A stretch of DNA of 52,354 nucleotides from positions 1-52,354 of the forward strand of contig JAFGAR010000121.1 of NCBI GenBank assembly GCA_016933575.1, given 5' to 3'. Shown piece by piece: positions 36,641-46,272 of this stretch (positions are counted from its first letter, which is position 1; every line of letters begins with the position of its first letter). The notes beneath the pieces were generated by a model. That model worked only from the letters and a program-made list of their open reading frames with translations. It was not told where the DNA came from and searched no databases. A program made the translations under genes and the position numbers. The stretch is from Candidatus Thorarchaeota archaeon (GTDB lineage: Archaea > Asgardarchaeota > Thorarchaeia > Thorarchaeales > Thorarchaeaceae).

Positions 36641-37861
36641 TCAGTCGAGAAGTCGCTTCTCTCCTTCAATCTTCTTAATCTCTGCGATGTTTTGAGTGAC
36701 TTCCAGACATCCAAGATATTTCCCAGTATTATCCCTAACAGGAAAATATCTAATGTAAATCAATGCATCTCCCATCTGTATCCAGAACTCAGCTTTATCG
36801 CGTTTACCATCTCTGAAATCATGGAGTATCTGCTCGACTCTCTCAACGCTCTTCTGAGGATGACATTTTCGAACCTCTCTGCCAATGACTGACTTTGAAC
36901 GTACAAAGATACGCTCGGGGGATTGGCTAAAATAACGAACGTGATCCTTCTCATCTACAAAGGTTATGTCTATCGGTAGTGTATTCAGCACTGCTTCAAG
37001 GGTTTCCTTTGTCATCGCCCCTGTTTCAAAATTGATCATTCCCTCAATGCCTACTTGACTTGTATCTTTCATCTTCGTTTCGACTTCCTTCGCACTCTTG
37101 GGCATATAGATACCATATCCAATGTCATCAAAGTCAACTCTTACATCTTTCCACTCATCATCAGAGAATAACTTCAATGATGTTTGAAAGAGTATGTTGT
37201 TTTCCTTGAAGAAATGACCTGATAGAGTTTCAGAAAGTGCCAGAGCGGATGATCTCAATGTCTGTAACGCATTTTGATCCAATCTGGGACCTCCATCGAA
37301 AAGACCAAAGAGAGTCTTCTCAATTCCTCTTACTATGTCATGCTCACTCCACATGATTGCAGGTGGTTGTACGATTCCATGTTTCTCTAATCTTGGAAAT
37401 AGGACATTCTCTTCACGCTGGTAATGATTTGTTGATAGTCTAAGAGTTTCCAATGATTTCATAATTCCTGCAATGACATCAGGTGCTGGTATAGTTCCAG
37501 GATTCTCGGTACATACCTTCGCATGTTCAGCTAATTGAATCGCAGCATTCAGGATAATCTTGTGCTCTGTCATGAGAATGTGAATCGGGTGTGTGTCAGG
37601 AAGATCTGGATGAGGATCTTGTAGAGAGTCCTTGAACAACTCCAAATGCACATCACAGAGACTATGGAGTTCTTCTCTTGGAACTCCTTCATCAATCATC
37701 TCTTCTTCTATCTTGGATATTTCAAGAGGTGTCGCATCTCTCAGTATTTCCTTGAATTCTTCTCTAACACTCGAAACCTCTGCACCTGCATGAATCTTTT
37801 CGACTGCTTTCTTTAACTTCTCTTTTCGTTCTTTCATATCCATTGGTGTTGTTTTCATCAT
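36641..37861 (-). CDS. DUF438 + hemerythrin-like + PAS domain protein
   Basis: LCDVH, HPIHILMTEH, HYQREENVLFP, MWSEHD, KENNILF; PAS part LPIDITFVD..CHPQKS. Confidence 0.9.
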   Translation of the reverse strand: MMKTTPMDMKERKEKLKKAVEKIHAGAEVSSVREEFKEILRDATPLEISKIEEEMIDEGVPREELHSLCDVHLELFKDSLQDPHPDLPDTHPIHILMTEHKIILNAAIQLAEHAKVCTENPGTIPAPDVIAGIMKSLETLRLSTNHYQREENVLFPRLEKHGIVQPPAIMWSEHDIVRGIEKTLFGLFDGGPRLDQNALQTLRSSALALSETLSGHFFKENNILFQTSLKLFSDDEWKDVRVDFDDIGYGIYMPKSAKEVETKMKDTSQVGIEGMINFETGAMTKETLEAVLNTLPIDITFVDEKDHVRYFSQSPERIFVRSKSVIGREVRKCHPQKSVERVEQILHDFRDGKRDKAEFWIQMGDALIYIRYFPVRDNTGKYLGCLEVTQNIAEIKKIEGEKRLLD

Positions 37862-37923
37862 TCATTCTCCACAAACTATATTTGCGATAGTTAATATTAT
37901 ATTGAATGCTATAATAAGTATAG

Positions 37924-37943
37924 TAGTTACCAAAAAGATAGTA
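37924..37943. promoter_or_regulatory. Probable HxlR-family operator in the divergent promoter
   Basis: Imperfect palindrome TAGTTAC-N6-GATAGTA 16 nt upstream of the HxlR-like start. Confidence 0.45.
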
Positions 37944-37959
37944 TCCGGTTGGTGAGCAT

Positions 37960-38364
37960 ATGGGTTCGAATTCAGTACGTACAAGAGAATCTGCAGAGAA
38001 CTGCCCAGTCTTCCTGGTAACGAAAATCTTAGGAAAGCGATGGGCTATTCTTATCCTCCAAGAGCTTCTTGCCTCAAAGAATCCAAAGGGAGCTCAATTC
38101 GGAGAACTGTATCGAAAAATAAGTTGGGTCAGTCCCAAGATTCTGACTCAGCGTCTAAGAGAGCTTGAGAAAGAAGGCATTGTTGAAAGAATTGTAGATG
38201 CATCAATTATACCAGCTCATGTTCACTATGAATTAACCGAAAAAGGACTAGACTTTGCTCCTATATTAGATCGCATGCAGGAGTGGGGAATTCAGCATGG
38301 TGGCAATAAGACCATGGGCTGCCTTGGTCATGGAATTGCGAGTTGCAGCGAGTGCACTTACTAA
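37960..38364 (+). CDS. HxlR-family winged-helix regulator
   Basis: CPV...ILGKRWAILIL, SPKILTQRLRELE..GIV.R, V.YELTEKG; Cys-rich tail. Confidence 0.92.
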   Translation: MGSNSVRTRESAENCPVFLVTKILGKRWAILILQELLASKNPKGAQFGELYRKISWVSPKILTQRLRELEKEGIVERIVDASIIPAHVHYELTEKGLDFAPILDRMQEWGIQHGGNKTMGCLGHGIASCSECTY

Positions 38365-38378
38365 TATTTCTCTAATCT

Positions 38379-39029
38379 TTAAGGTTCATCTTCATGGATG
38401 ATTTGACCAAGTTTTCCTTGATAATGGAGTAGATTGATCACCCAAAGCCAGACGATTGCTGAGAAGGCGGTAATAATCTCAGGAATTGCTTGCTGCCAAA
38501 TTGATGTTCCATTCAGATAATCTGCCCACATGACAACTGAAAGGAAAGGCAATAATATTGAGATGATACTGAACCACCTGAGGTGTTTGAATCGAAGCCA
38601 GACAATTCCGACTATCCACATAGAGAACGGAAATGTGAGAAAGAATCCTACTGATACCCAATAGTGAAGCTCACCGAAGTTCTCAGAGAATATACCGATA
38701 GCAATCAAGAACATGAGTGAAACCAAGAGAGGAAGAACCCCGATTCGCGTTGGAGCATCTTTTGTTTCCCTGAAAAACCAGATTGTATAGTAGAGCATCA
38801 GCAATCCTGTAGTGATGAGTCCACCATTGAAGATGATTGCTCCAATCAACTTGTATGGTCCGAGGTCGGTCCGTGTGTAATGTCCTAGATCACTGAGAGC
38901 ATTTACAAACCAGTCAAAACCTGGCGATAGAAGGATAGCAAGTGCGATACAGAAGAGTGCAATAAAAGGGGCAAAGAATCCTACTTTTGTTGTTCTCTCC
39001 ATTTTCGATATCTTCTGAAGGATTGACAT
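38379..39029 (-). CDS. DUF998-like membrane protein
   Basis: FDWFVNALSDLG, IFNGGLI, GIFSE...LH..VS..FF, AIPE; start at 39029 preferred. Confidence 0.75.
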   Translation of the reverse strand: MSILQKISKMERTTKVGFFAPFIALFCIALAILLSPGFDWFVNALSDLGHYTRTDLGPYKLIGAIIFNGGLITTGLLMLYYTIWFFRETKDAPTRIGVLPLLVSLMFLIAIGIFSENFGELHYWVSVGFFLTFPFSMWIVGIVWLRFKHLRWFSIISILLPFLSVVMWADYLNGTSIWQQAIPEIITAFSAIVWLWVINLLHYQGKLGQIIHEDEP

Positions 39030-39136
39030 GGACAAGAGTGATGCAACCTGACGTATAAGAATGCTGGATTCGAGGTAAAGAGATTTAAAACCTCTCCAGT
39101 AAAAGATATTCCCATCAACAAAAGCGAGGTACAATC

Positions 39137-39523
39137 ATGGCAGAGAATCCATATTGCCCTTATTGCGGTACGAGTGTTCGTGCAGATAATATTCGAATGG
39201 ACTATGACGAGAAGGTCAAGGTGCGATGTCCAAATTGTGGAGGTCTTTTTGAGTATCTACCAGGTTTTGGAGCATTCTCTCTACCAGGTGAACAACCAAG
39301 ACGACAACGTGACCAACCACCTTCTACCAGTTTCGATGGATCCTATCCTGGTGCTGTGTACGAGTCTGATGTTCCTTGGACAACCGAGCGCCCGCAACAG
39401 CAACAATCTGGTTGCGGTACGTGTTGTAGCATTGCATGTTGCTGCTTCCTGTTTCTCTTTGTAATTGTACCATTACTCGTAGTCTTTGGATTCTTTGGAA
39501 GTATTTTCTGGCTCTTTGGTTAG
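39137..39523 (+). CDS. Zinc-ribbon protein with Pro/Gln-rich linker and Cys-rich C-terminal TM helix
   Basis: CPYC..CPNC; QQQQSGCGTCCSIACCCFLFLF. Confidence 0.8.
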   Translation: MAENPYCPYCGTSVRADNIRMDYDEKVKVRCPNCGGLFEYLPGFGAFSLPGEQPRRQRDQPPSTSFDGSYPGAVYESDVPWTTERPQQQQSGCGTCCSIACCCFLFLFVIVPLLVVFGFFGSIFWLFG

Positions 39524-39539
39524 AACTGTGTGTTGTGAT

Positions 39540-39869
39540 ATGTCTGAGCAACCAATTTGCCCTTACTGTGGAGGTTCCCTCAATGAGTCCGTACCTTCAA
39601 CACTTGAGAGTTCAATAAAACTGCGCTGTCCCCACTGTGATGAACTATATTCCTTTGAACCCGGGATAGGTTCGTATCCAATAGAAGATGAGCTTGGGGT
39701 TTCAATTTCATCCGGCTTATTCCATAAACGACTCACTATAGGTGAAACCGATGAGCCAATAAGAAAATCAGTGAATGGTTTCCCTACAATCTGCTCTTGT
39801 ATCTGGATTGCAATCTTGAGTCTGATAATTATCTATGGGCTATTCATGATAATTCAACTATTCCCATGA
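39540..39869 (+). CDS. Zinc-ribbon tail-anchored membrane protein, paralog of the upstream gene
   Basis: MSEQPICPYCG..LRCPHC..F.PG.G; ICSCIW plus TM. Confidence 0.75.
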   Translation: MSEQPICPYCGGSLNESVPSTLESSIKLRCPHCDELYSFEPGIGSYPIEDELGVSISSGLFHKRLTIGETDEPIRKSVNGFPTICSCIWIAILSLIIIYGLFMIIQLFP

Positions 39870-39967
39870 TCTATGCTATCTCTCTCTGGTGACGGTGAAA
39901 GATAAAAGGCATAGTGTTTTTCACGCGACAGGCGTTAACGAAGCTTACCTTCACAAGGTGAATCATT

Positions 39968-40882
39968 TTGACTGAAGCAGAGGTTGAAGACAAACGAATC
40001 ACACTCTCAGAGGCTGCAAAATTGGTATCTGATGGTGACGGTCTCTTCTGGGGTGGATTTGGTTACCAGAGAGCACCAATTGCTTTTGCACATGAGCTTG
40101 TGCGACAGAAGAAACGAGACCTTACAGTATATACATGCGGGTCTGAGGTTGACCTAGAGATTATGGCTGGAGCTGGAGTCGCCACTCGTTATGAGATAGC
40201 GTTCTCTGCAATTGAAGCATTGGGCCTTTCATACAATATTCGACGGAGGGTGTCTGAAGGTGCCCTACAAGTGGAAGATTATTCTAATCTTGCCATGGCT
40301 TTGCGTTTTCTTGGTGGGGCTCTCAATGTACCATTCATGCCTATTCGTAGTATGATGGGCACTGATATGGTACGGCTCAGGCGTTATCGTGGTGATGATA
40401 AGTTGAAAGTAATCGATTGCCCCTTCACTGGTGAGAAGATCTGTCTTGTTCCCTCTCTACAACCAGAATTCAGTGTTGTACATGTCCAGAGAGTCGATAA
40501 GACTGGAAATGCACAGATTGATGGTATTGTGGGCGAAGACTTGGAAGGAGCTCGTTGCGGGAAGAAACTCATTGTATTGGCTGAGGAGCTCATTGATACA
40601 GCAGAGATACGGACTAGTCCTGATAAAACAAAGATACCAGCGATGTATGTCGATTATGTTGTAGTCTTACCCTATATCGCTCATCCAATGATGTGTCACG
40701 ATTACTATGATTATGACCTTGAGCACCTCATGATGTTTCATAAATTGACTCAAACTGAGGAAGGGTGGCAGGAATATCTTGACAACTACATTCTTGGAGT
40801 TGACAATCATCACGGCTATCTCGATCTAGTTGGTTGGGAGCATCTCCATAAGCTCCGAGCGACAAAACCCTGGGGGTACTAA
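39968..40882 (+). CDS. CoA-transferase subunit A (glutaconate CoA-transferase-like, family I)
   Basis: VSDGD..GGF..RAP.AFAHELVRQ, EDYSN, CPFTGE, HVQR.D..GNAQI. Confidence 0.9.
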   Translation: MTEAEVEDKRITLSEAAKLVSDGDGLFWGGFGYQRAPIAFAHELVRQKKRDLTVYTCGSEVDLEIMAGAGVATRYEIAFSAIEALGLSYNIRRRVSEGALQVEDYSNLAMALRFLGGALNVPFMPIRSMMGTDMVRLRRYRGDDKLKVIDCPFTGEKICLVPSLQPEFSVVHVQRVDKTGNAQIDGIVGEDLEGARCGKKLIVLAEELIDTAEIRTSPDKTKIPAMYVDYVVVLPYIAHPMMCHDYYDYDLEHLMMFHKLTQTEEGWQEYLDNYILGVDNHHGYLDLVGWEHLHKLRATKPWGY

Positions 40883-40884
40883 GA

Positions 40885-41655
40885 ATGGTTGAATACACGA
40901 AGACTGAATTCCTTATTGCATGCGCATCTAGACATGTGAGAGATGGCGAGATGGTCTTTGGTGGCACCGGAATGCCGCTTCTGGCGGCACTCTTAGCAAA
41001 AGAGACTCATGCACCAAAATCAAATCTGATATCTGAAGCAGGTTACATCGATGCTCGCCCTCGACAGGTCCCCCTCTCCGTTGCAGACACTAGATATTAC
41101 TATGGATGTTCAGCTTCTATTGGACTCATTGAGACCCTTGGATTCCTTCTCCAAGCTGGTCGTATTGATGTAGGTTTTCTTGGTGCTGCACAGATAGATG
41201 AGTATGGGAATCTAAATACGAGTTATATCGGACCTTATGACGCTCCAAAAGTCAAATTACCTGGTAGTGGAGGAGGAAATGATATTGCATCTTCTGCAAA
41301 GAGACTGATCATTATGATGTCTCATGATAAGAGAAAATTCCTCAAGAAGCTTGATTATATGACCTCACCAGGGCATCTTGAAGGCCCAGGTTCTCGTGAG
41401 AAGTGGTCATTAGTCGGTGGAGGTCCGGAGGTAGTCATTACTGATATGTGCCAGATGGACTTTGATTCAGAAACTTTGAAGATACGACTCAAATCCGTAC
41501 ATCCCGGCTATAAGGTTCAGGACATTCTTGACAATGTGATGTTTGATCTTATCATTCCAGATCACGTACCAACGACGGATGAACCCACTCAAGAGCAAAT
41601 TGACATCATGCACAAGTTAGACCCCAATGGTATCTATCTTGGAAAAGGCGGTTGA
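40885..41655 (+). CDS. CoA-transferase subunit B
   Basis: GTGMP, ISEAG (catalytic Glu), FLGAAQID.YGNLN, LPGSGGGND. Confidence 0.9.
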   Translation: MVEYTKTEFLIACASRHVRDGEMVFGGTGMPLLAALLAKETHAPKSNLISEAGYIDARPRQVPLSVADTRYYYGCSASIGLIETLGFLLQAGRIDVGFLGAAQIDEYGNLNTSYIGPYDAPKVKLPGSGGGNDIASSAKRLIIMMSHDKRKFLKKLDYMTSPGHLEGPGSREKWSLVGGGPEVVITDMCQMDFDSETLKIRLKSVHPGYKVQDILDNVMFDLIIPDHVPTTDEPTQEQIDIMHKLDPNGIYLGKGG

Positions 41656-42418
41656 TTCTTGGAGTCTGGTTATCTTGCATCTATTTGATATCAATCAGTA
41701 TCAAGCTATCGTCTTTGATCTCGATTCGACATTGACAGATACACATCACTACCCACTCGTTGCCTGTGAATGGCTCTTTAAGGAGTGCAAGATTGATATC
41801 GAAAAGGAAATGGACACTTATCGTCGGAGTCTTGTGACACGTTACTTCAGGTCAATCAGTGAGATTGCTGAAGGTGCGCCTTTTAGAACCCCCTTTGAAA
41901 TCGTCCGTACTGCTATGGGAAAAAGTCTTGAAGACCTTGGGTATGAAGCCAATGAGGAACTTGTAGAAAAAGCAACGAAACTCTTCAAATCTTTGCACAT
42001 TGAGATGACCACTCTTCATCCCAGTGTCAAAGAGCTGCTTGTGAAACTCTCATCTCAACAAAAGAAGATGGGCGTTCTCTCGAATACTTTCGAAGGACAT
42101 GCAAACATCATTCTTGAGAATCTCAAGATTCGTCAATACTTTCTATCAGTGATTGATTGCGAAGTCGTAAAGGCATTCAAACCAATGCGCGAACCATTCG
42201 AGCGGGTCCTTTCTGATCTCGAAGTGGAACCTTCGGATGCACTTTACATTGGTGATGAATATTATGCTGACATTGTAGGTGCAAGTGCCATTGGAATGTC
42301 CACCCTCTGGATCAACTCTCGTAATTATTCTCTAGAAGATCAAATTACCAAGTATGGCGCACGAACATCACCTGATTATGTTACAACCTCAATTGCGGAA
42401 TTTGCTGAGCTACTGTGA
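41627..42418 (+). CDS. HAD-superfamily hydrolase
   Basis: FDLDSTL, LSN, KP, YIGD...DIVGA; true start probably ~45 nt downstream of the track start. Confidence 0.9.
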   Translation: MVSILEKAVDSWSLVILHLFDINQYQAIVFDLDSTLTDTHHYPLVACEWLFKECKIDIEKEMDTYRRSLVTRYFRSISEIAEGAPFRTPFEIVRTAMGKSLEDLGYEANEELVEKATKLFKSLHIEMTTLHPSVKELLVKLSSQQKKMGVLSNTFEGHANIILENLKIRQYFLSVIDCEVVKAFKPMREPFERVLSDLEVEPSDALYIGDEYYADIVGASAIGMSTLWINSRNYSLEDQITKYGARTSPDYVTTSIAEFAELL

Positions 42419-42512
42419 GAATTCGACAACATCTATTCTTTCTCGAAACCTCAGATACCCACCAAACACAATTATTAGTAATTTGCAGGAGTGGCATCCT
42501 ATAAGATGTTTG

Positions 42513-42983
42513 ATGATTGATGGAGCTTTGAATACTTTGAGTAAAGATGACGAAATTGGACCAATTCGGGCTCGTTCAGACCTAATTGATATTTTGAGTC
42601 ATAATCCTGAAAATACTGAGGCAATCGTCACCTTGATTCAGAATGAACTCAAAGATATTAAAGATGGAGATGTCGTTTCAAATATTTCTAATACCATTTC
42701 CGAAGTTGCTGCCCAAACAAATATTGACTCAGAGAGTGAGAAGAATATCCTCTATTGGTTGACTGAAACAAGCCCCGATGTTCGTCAAATGATTCTTGTC
42801 CAGACGATTGAGGAGCTTCTCAGTATCAAGCAATGTAGAGACCCTACTCTTGAAGCCTTGGTCAAGATATCTTCCAAGGATAATGTAGACACAGTAATGG
42901 AATGGGTCAAACGGAAAATCCTTACTTTGAATCAGGCTGTCTATGTATTACTTTACCCTGATTCATCAAAGGGTATATTGTAA
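42513..42983 (+). CDS. Hypothetical all-helical protein
   Basis: ORF 42354..42983; 5' part overlaps the HAD gene, so the start is placed near 42513. Confidence 0.65.
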   Translation: MIDGALNTLSKDDEIGPIRARSDLIDILSHNPENTEAIVTLIQNELKDIKDGDVVSNISNTISEVAAQTNIDSESEKNILYWLTETSPDVRQMILVQTIEELLSIKQCRDPTLEALVKISSKDNVDTVMEWVKRKILTLNQAVYVLLYPDSSKGIL

Positions 42984-42990
42984 CGAGTAA

Positions 42991-43263
42991 CTAGAGTTTA
43001 GGTAGATACTTTTTGATGTAGGATTCCCAATCCGGTTCGAGCTCAAGTACTCGTTTAACACAGTCCTTTGCTTCCTTCATCTGTTTAAGCTTGTAGTGAA
43101 GCTTTGCCTTGTAGAACCATGCCTTGGCGTATTGAGGATCCAACTTTACTGACTCTTCGTAGGCCTCTAGGGCTTTCTCGTCCTCTCCATTGGTTTCATG
43201 AATTCTAGCCTGGGAGAACCAGTCATATTGTGTCATATCTTTCAAGTCTGCAGCCATAGTCAT
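42991..43263 (-). CDS. Small TPR protein
   Basis: ALEAYEESVKLDP..AKAWFYKA...A..C..RVLELEP. Confidence 0.85.
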   Translation of the reverse strand: MTMAADLKDMTQYDWFSQARIHETNGEDEKALEAYEESVKLDPQYAKAWFYKAKLHYKLKQMKEAKDCVKRVLELEPDWESYIKKYLPKL

Positions 43264-43517
43264 TTACATCCTTTACGTCATGTATTGATTTACATTGAGC
43301 CCTAATAACTGTGAGGTCATTTTTCTGTCTCGGGTTTCTAGATTAATTACTAAAGGCCTCTCAAAGCTTTCTAAGTATCCATAAAGCTTTGTTTATAGAA
43401 ATGAGTACTCATAGACCTTTTTTAACCTAATTTTACTTTACACATGAAATAGTGGTTATATATACTCAGCACAAGTCCGTTAATAGGTGACAATTACTGA
43501 CAACCAAGACTACAATC

Positions 43518-44660
43518 ATGATGAGCACTCTCATCTTGATTGCACTTATCGGTACGATGACAATAAATGTGAGTGCACAGTCTCCAATGACTGACCGTCC
43601 TGGACCCGGAGGACCTCCTGAACAGACCCGGGGAACAGATGGTACAGTTTGGATTAACACCGACATAATAACAATAATGGCAAACGGTGAAATCCCTCAG
43701 TTCCATTTTTGGTACGCAGTTGATGATGATGGTGCACATGCGAAGTTCATGACATCATTCGTTATGATTACTGAGTATGAGGATCTGAATGAAGATGGAG
43801 CCTACCAGAGCGGAGAACAGCTCTTCTTTGCTCCATTATCTGCATACGAGTGGACTCTTACAACTGGTGTAGTTGAAGACGCTGGTGTGACAACTGAAGT
43901 ATGGTTGAAATACACGAAGTCTGGCATTAGAAGCACCATGTTACCTGATGCTGCACCTGCTGCACTCTCAGGTATTGGAAGCTACATGCGATTTGAAGAC
44001 ACTACAATCCAGATCTGGGGTCACATCTATCTTGAGGACTATGAAGGTGAGGTCCGGGATGATCATGGATCTCATGCCAACTTTACTGTTGCTGGTGGTT
44101 CAGAACTCAAGATTGACATTGAGATTGGGAATTTCCCCTTTACAAGTGAAAATTCCATGGTTGCTATCCAGACTCTCCAACGAGAAGAAGTAGCTACTGG
44201 TATCTCAGAACAACAACGTAATCAACACAGAATTCAGACCCGAGAGCAGTTACGAAATGCAACAATTGACTCAAATACCAATTGGACTACTACCGGTGGA
44301 AACGAAACGCGTTTTCAAGCCATGAATGAGACCCACACTCAACGAATCGATTTTGTCGATTATGATGCTGGTATCACTCAAGGATTCTTTAGTTGGCTTG
44401 ACACAGCTGTGATTACATGGCCTGGTGGGGTCACTGAGGCTGTCCCTGTCAATGTGTCCTATGTGCCAACTGGAACTGGTCTGGCAGTCTATCTCTCATA
44501 TCCCTACTTTGATAATGGGAGTATTCTGCATGACCCATCAATCGGCCTATATCCTGAAGGAGCACCCTATATCACCTCTCCAGTTGATCTTGTCCTCGTC
44601 GCTGGAATTGGTGCAGTTTCTCTCGTAGCAATACTCGTAGTGTTAGTTAGAAGACGATAA
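43518..44660 (+). CDS. Exported beta-rich surface protein with C-terminal TM anchor
   Basis: Signal peptide; ELKIDIEI.NFPF; ILHDPSIG; TM plus RRR. Confidence 0.8.
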   Translation: MMSTLILIALIGTMTINVSAQSPMTDRPGPGGPPEQTRGTDGTVWINTDIITIMANGEIPQFHFWYAVDDDGAHAKFMTSFVMITEYEDLNEDGAYQSGEQLFFAPLSAYEWTLTTGVVEDAGVTTEVWLKYTKSGIRSTMLPDAAPAALSGIGSYMRFEDTTIQIWGHIYLEDYEGEVRDDHGSHANFTVAGGSELKIDIEIGNFPFTSENSMVAIQTLQREEVATGISEQQRNQHRIQTREQLRNATIDSNTNWTTTGGNETRFQAMNETHTQRIDFVDYDAGITQGFFSWLDTAVITWPGGVTEAVPVNVSYVPTGTGLAVYLSYPYFDNGSILHDPSIGLYPEGAPYITSPVDLVLVAGIGAVSLVAILVVLVRRR

Positions 44661-44675
44661 CACTCGAGAAAATTC

Positions 44676-44704
44676 AGGGCGGCAGTAGTGGGAGCTGTCG
44701 CCCT
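44676..44704 (+). terminator. 10-bp GC-rich hairpin downstream of the surface-protein gene
   Basis: AGGGCGGCAG / CTGTCGCCCT with one G-U pair. Confidence 0.45.
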
Positions 44705-44777
44705 CCCCTCCCCAAACTCTCAAAGCAAGCCTTATCTTAAACCTTAAACATCAAAAATAAAATATCAGAGAATCGGA

Positions 44778-45788
44778 TTGGTGCTGGACGTGCAAAACAA
44801 GACCTACATACTTCTTGGAATGTTATTTCTTTCTCTAGTGCTGCTGCCAGTACAATCTACTCAAGGATACTCTACCATCGCTCAGACAAGTAGCATCATA
44901 CTCGATCCTATCGAGATTAAAGCAGTAATGGATAATGATGGTCTCACAACAGTATCCGTGAATGCACAGATGACAAATATTGGCGAAACCAGTGTTTCTT
45001 CCCTAAGTTTTCGGATTGATTCATTAGAAGCCATAGTTACGCTTGCTCGGGTGAATCACGCTTGGGCAAGTGCAGTAATTGTTGAACACGATCGATATAC
45101 TGAGATTGTGGTCGACCTAGGCCTATTGCTGGATTCAAATGAGTCAGTCTGGATCGAGCTTGGTATTCTTGCATCAGACTTTCAATCGGACCCAATCATA
45201 GGAATTGACCAAACAAAATTGATCAGTGATTTCATATTTTACATGCGTCCCATGACATCACTTGCAAACTTCACCTTCATAGCAATTCTTCCTGATGAAG
45301 CAATGTTATCACAGGAGTCTGTTGTACCACTATTCCCAGATATGGATTCAAACTTCACCGATGGAAACTCGTTAGCCTTTGTCTGGTTCACTGAGGCCAT
45401 CGAACCCGGACAAGAACGAGTATTCATTATCCAATATCAGTTACCAAATTACGAGTCTAGTCCCACTCAGACATTCCTACTGGAATCGATTCTATTCGCC
45501 TCTCTCGGGATCGTGATTGGAATCGTTCTAGCAATAGGTGGTCCCAAGGTCTTGTATCGAATTCGGAGAATTGGTAAGGTTCGTTTTATTGGTGTGACTT
45601 CTGAGGAAGAGGAAGTACTTGAAGTCATCCGGCGAAAGGGAGGTTCCTGTCCCCAGAAAGACCTCTACACGGAATTTGACATGTCGCAGGCAAAAGTTAG
45701 TCTTCTCTTAAACAATCTAGAGGAACGGGGTCTTGTGCGCCGCTTTCGAGAAGGCAGAGAGAACGTTGTGCATATTATGGAAGACTAA
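44778..45788 (+). CDS. Membrane-anchored winged-helix regulator (extracellular beta domain - TM - cytoplasmic wHTH)
   Basis: Signal/TM, beta domain, TM, then EEEVLEVIRRKGG..QKDL....SQAKVSLLL.NLEERGLVRR...GREN.V. Confidence 0.8.
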   Translation: MVLDVQNKTYILLGMLFLSLVLLPVQSTQGYSTIAQTSSIILDPIEIKAVMDNDGLTTVSVNAQMTNIGETSVSSLSFRIDSLEAIVTLARVNHAWASAVIVEHDRYTEIVVDLGLLLDSNESVWIELGILASDFQSDPIIGIDQTKLISDFIFYMRPMTSLANFTFIAILPDEAMLSQESVVPLFPDMDSNFTDGNSLAFVWFTEAIEPGQERVFIIQYQLPNYESSPTQTFLLESILFASLGIVIGIVLAIGGPKVLYRIRRIGKVRFIGVTSEEEEVLEVIRRKGGSCPQKDLYTEFDMSQAKVSLLLNNLEERGLVRRFREGRENVVHIMED

Positions 45789-45870
45789 GTTTGTCGAATT
45801 CCGATGAATCGAAAGCCTTTATATCGACACCACGCCCTCTCGACAACAGTCATCAACCTGAGGTGGGTTC

Positions 45871-46272
45871 TTGAGTTCATCCAAGAAGATACGTGTACTT
45901 GTAGCAAAACCAGGCCTAGACGGACATGATCGTGGAGCCAAGATTGTTGCTCGTGCTCTACGAGACGCTGGAATGGAAGTAATCTATACTGGTCTTAGAC
46001 AGACTCCAGAGATGATAGTCCGCGCTGCTCTTGATGAAGGAGTTCATTGTATTGGATTAAGTATTCTCAGTGGTGCTCATAATGCACTCTTTCCGAAAAT
46101 CATGGAACTTCTAAAGGCAGAGGGTATGGATGACATACTTGTCGTCGGAGGCGGAATAATCCCAGAGGATGATATTCCGGATCTCAAGAAAGCGGGTATT
46201 TCAGCAATATTCGGACCTGGTACACCCTTAGAAGAAATTGTTCAATACATTAGGACCAATGTCAAGTTATGA
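45871..46272 (+). CDS. Acyl-CoA mutase small (cobalamin-binding) subunit
   Basis: [10 protein letters not shown] (DxHxxG), GLRQTPE, SILSGAH, GGGIIP, FGPGT. Confidence 0.95.
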   Translation: MSSSKKIRVLVAKPGLDGHDRGAKIVARALRDAGMEVIYTGLRQTPEMIVRAALDEGVHCIGLSILSGAHNALFPKIMELLKAEGMDDILVVGGGIIPEDDIPDLKKAGISAIFGPGTPLEEIVQYIRTNVKL

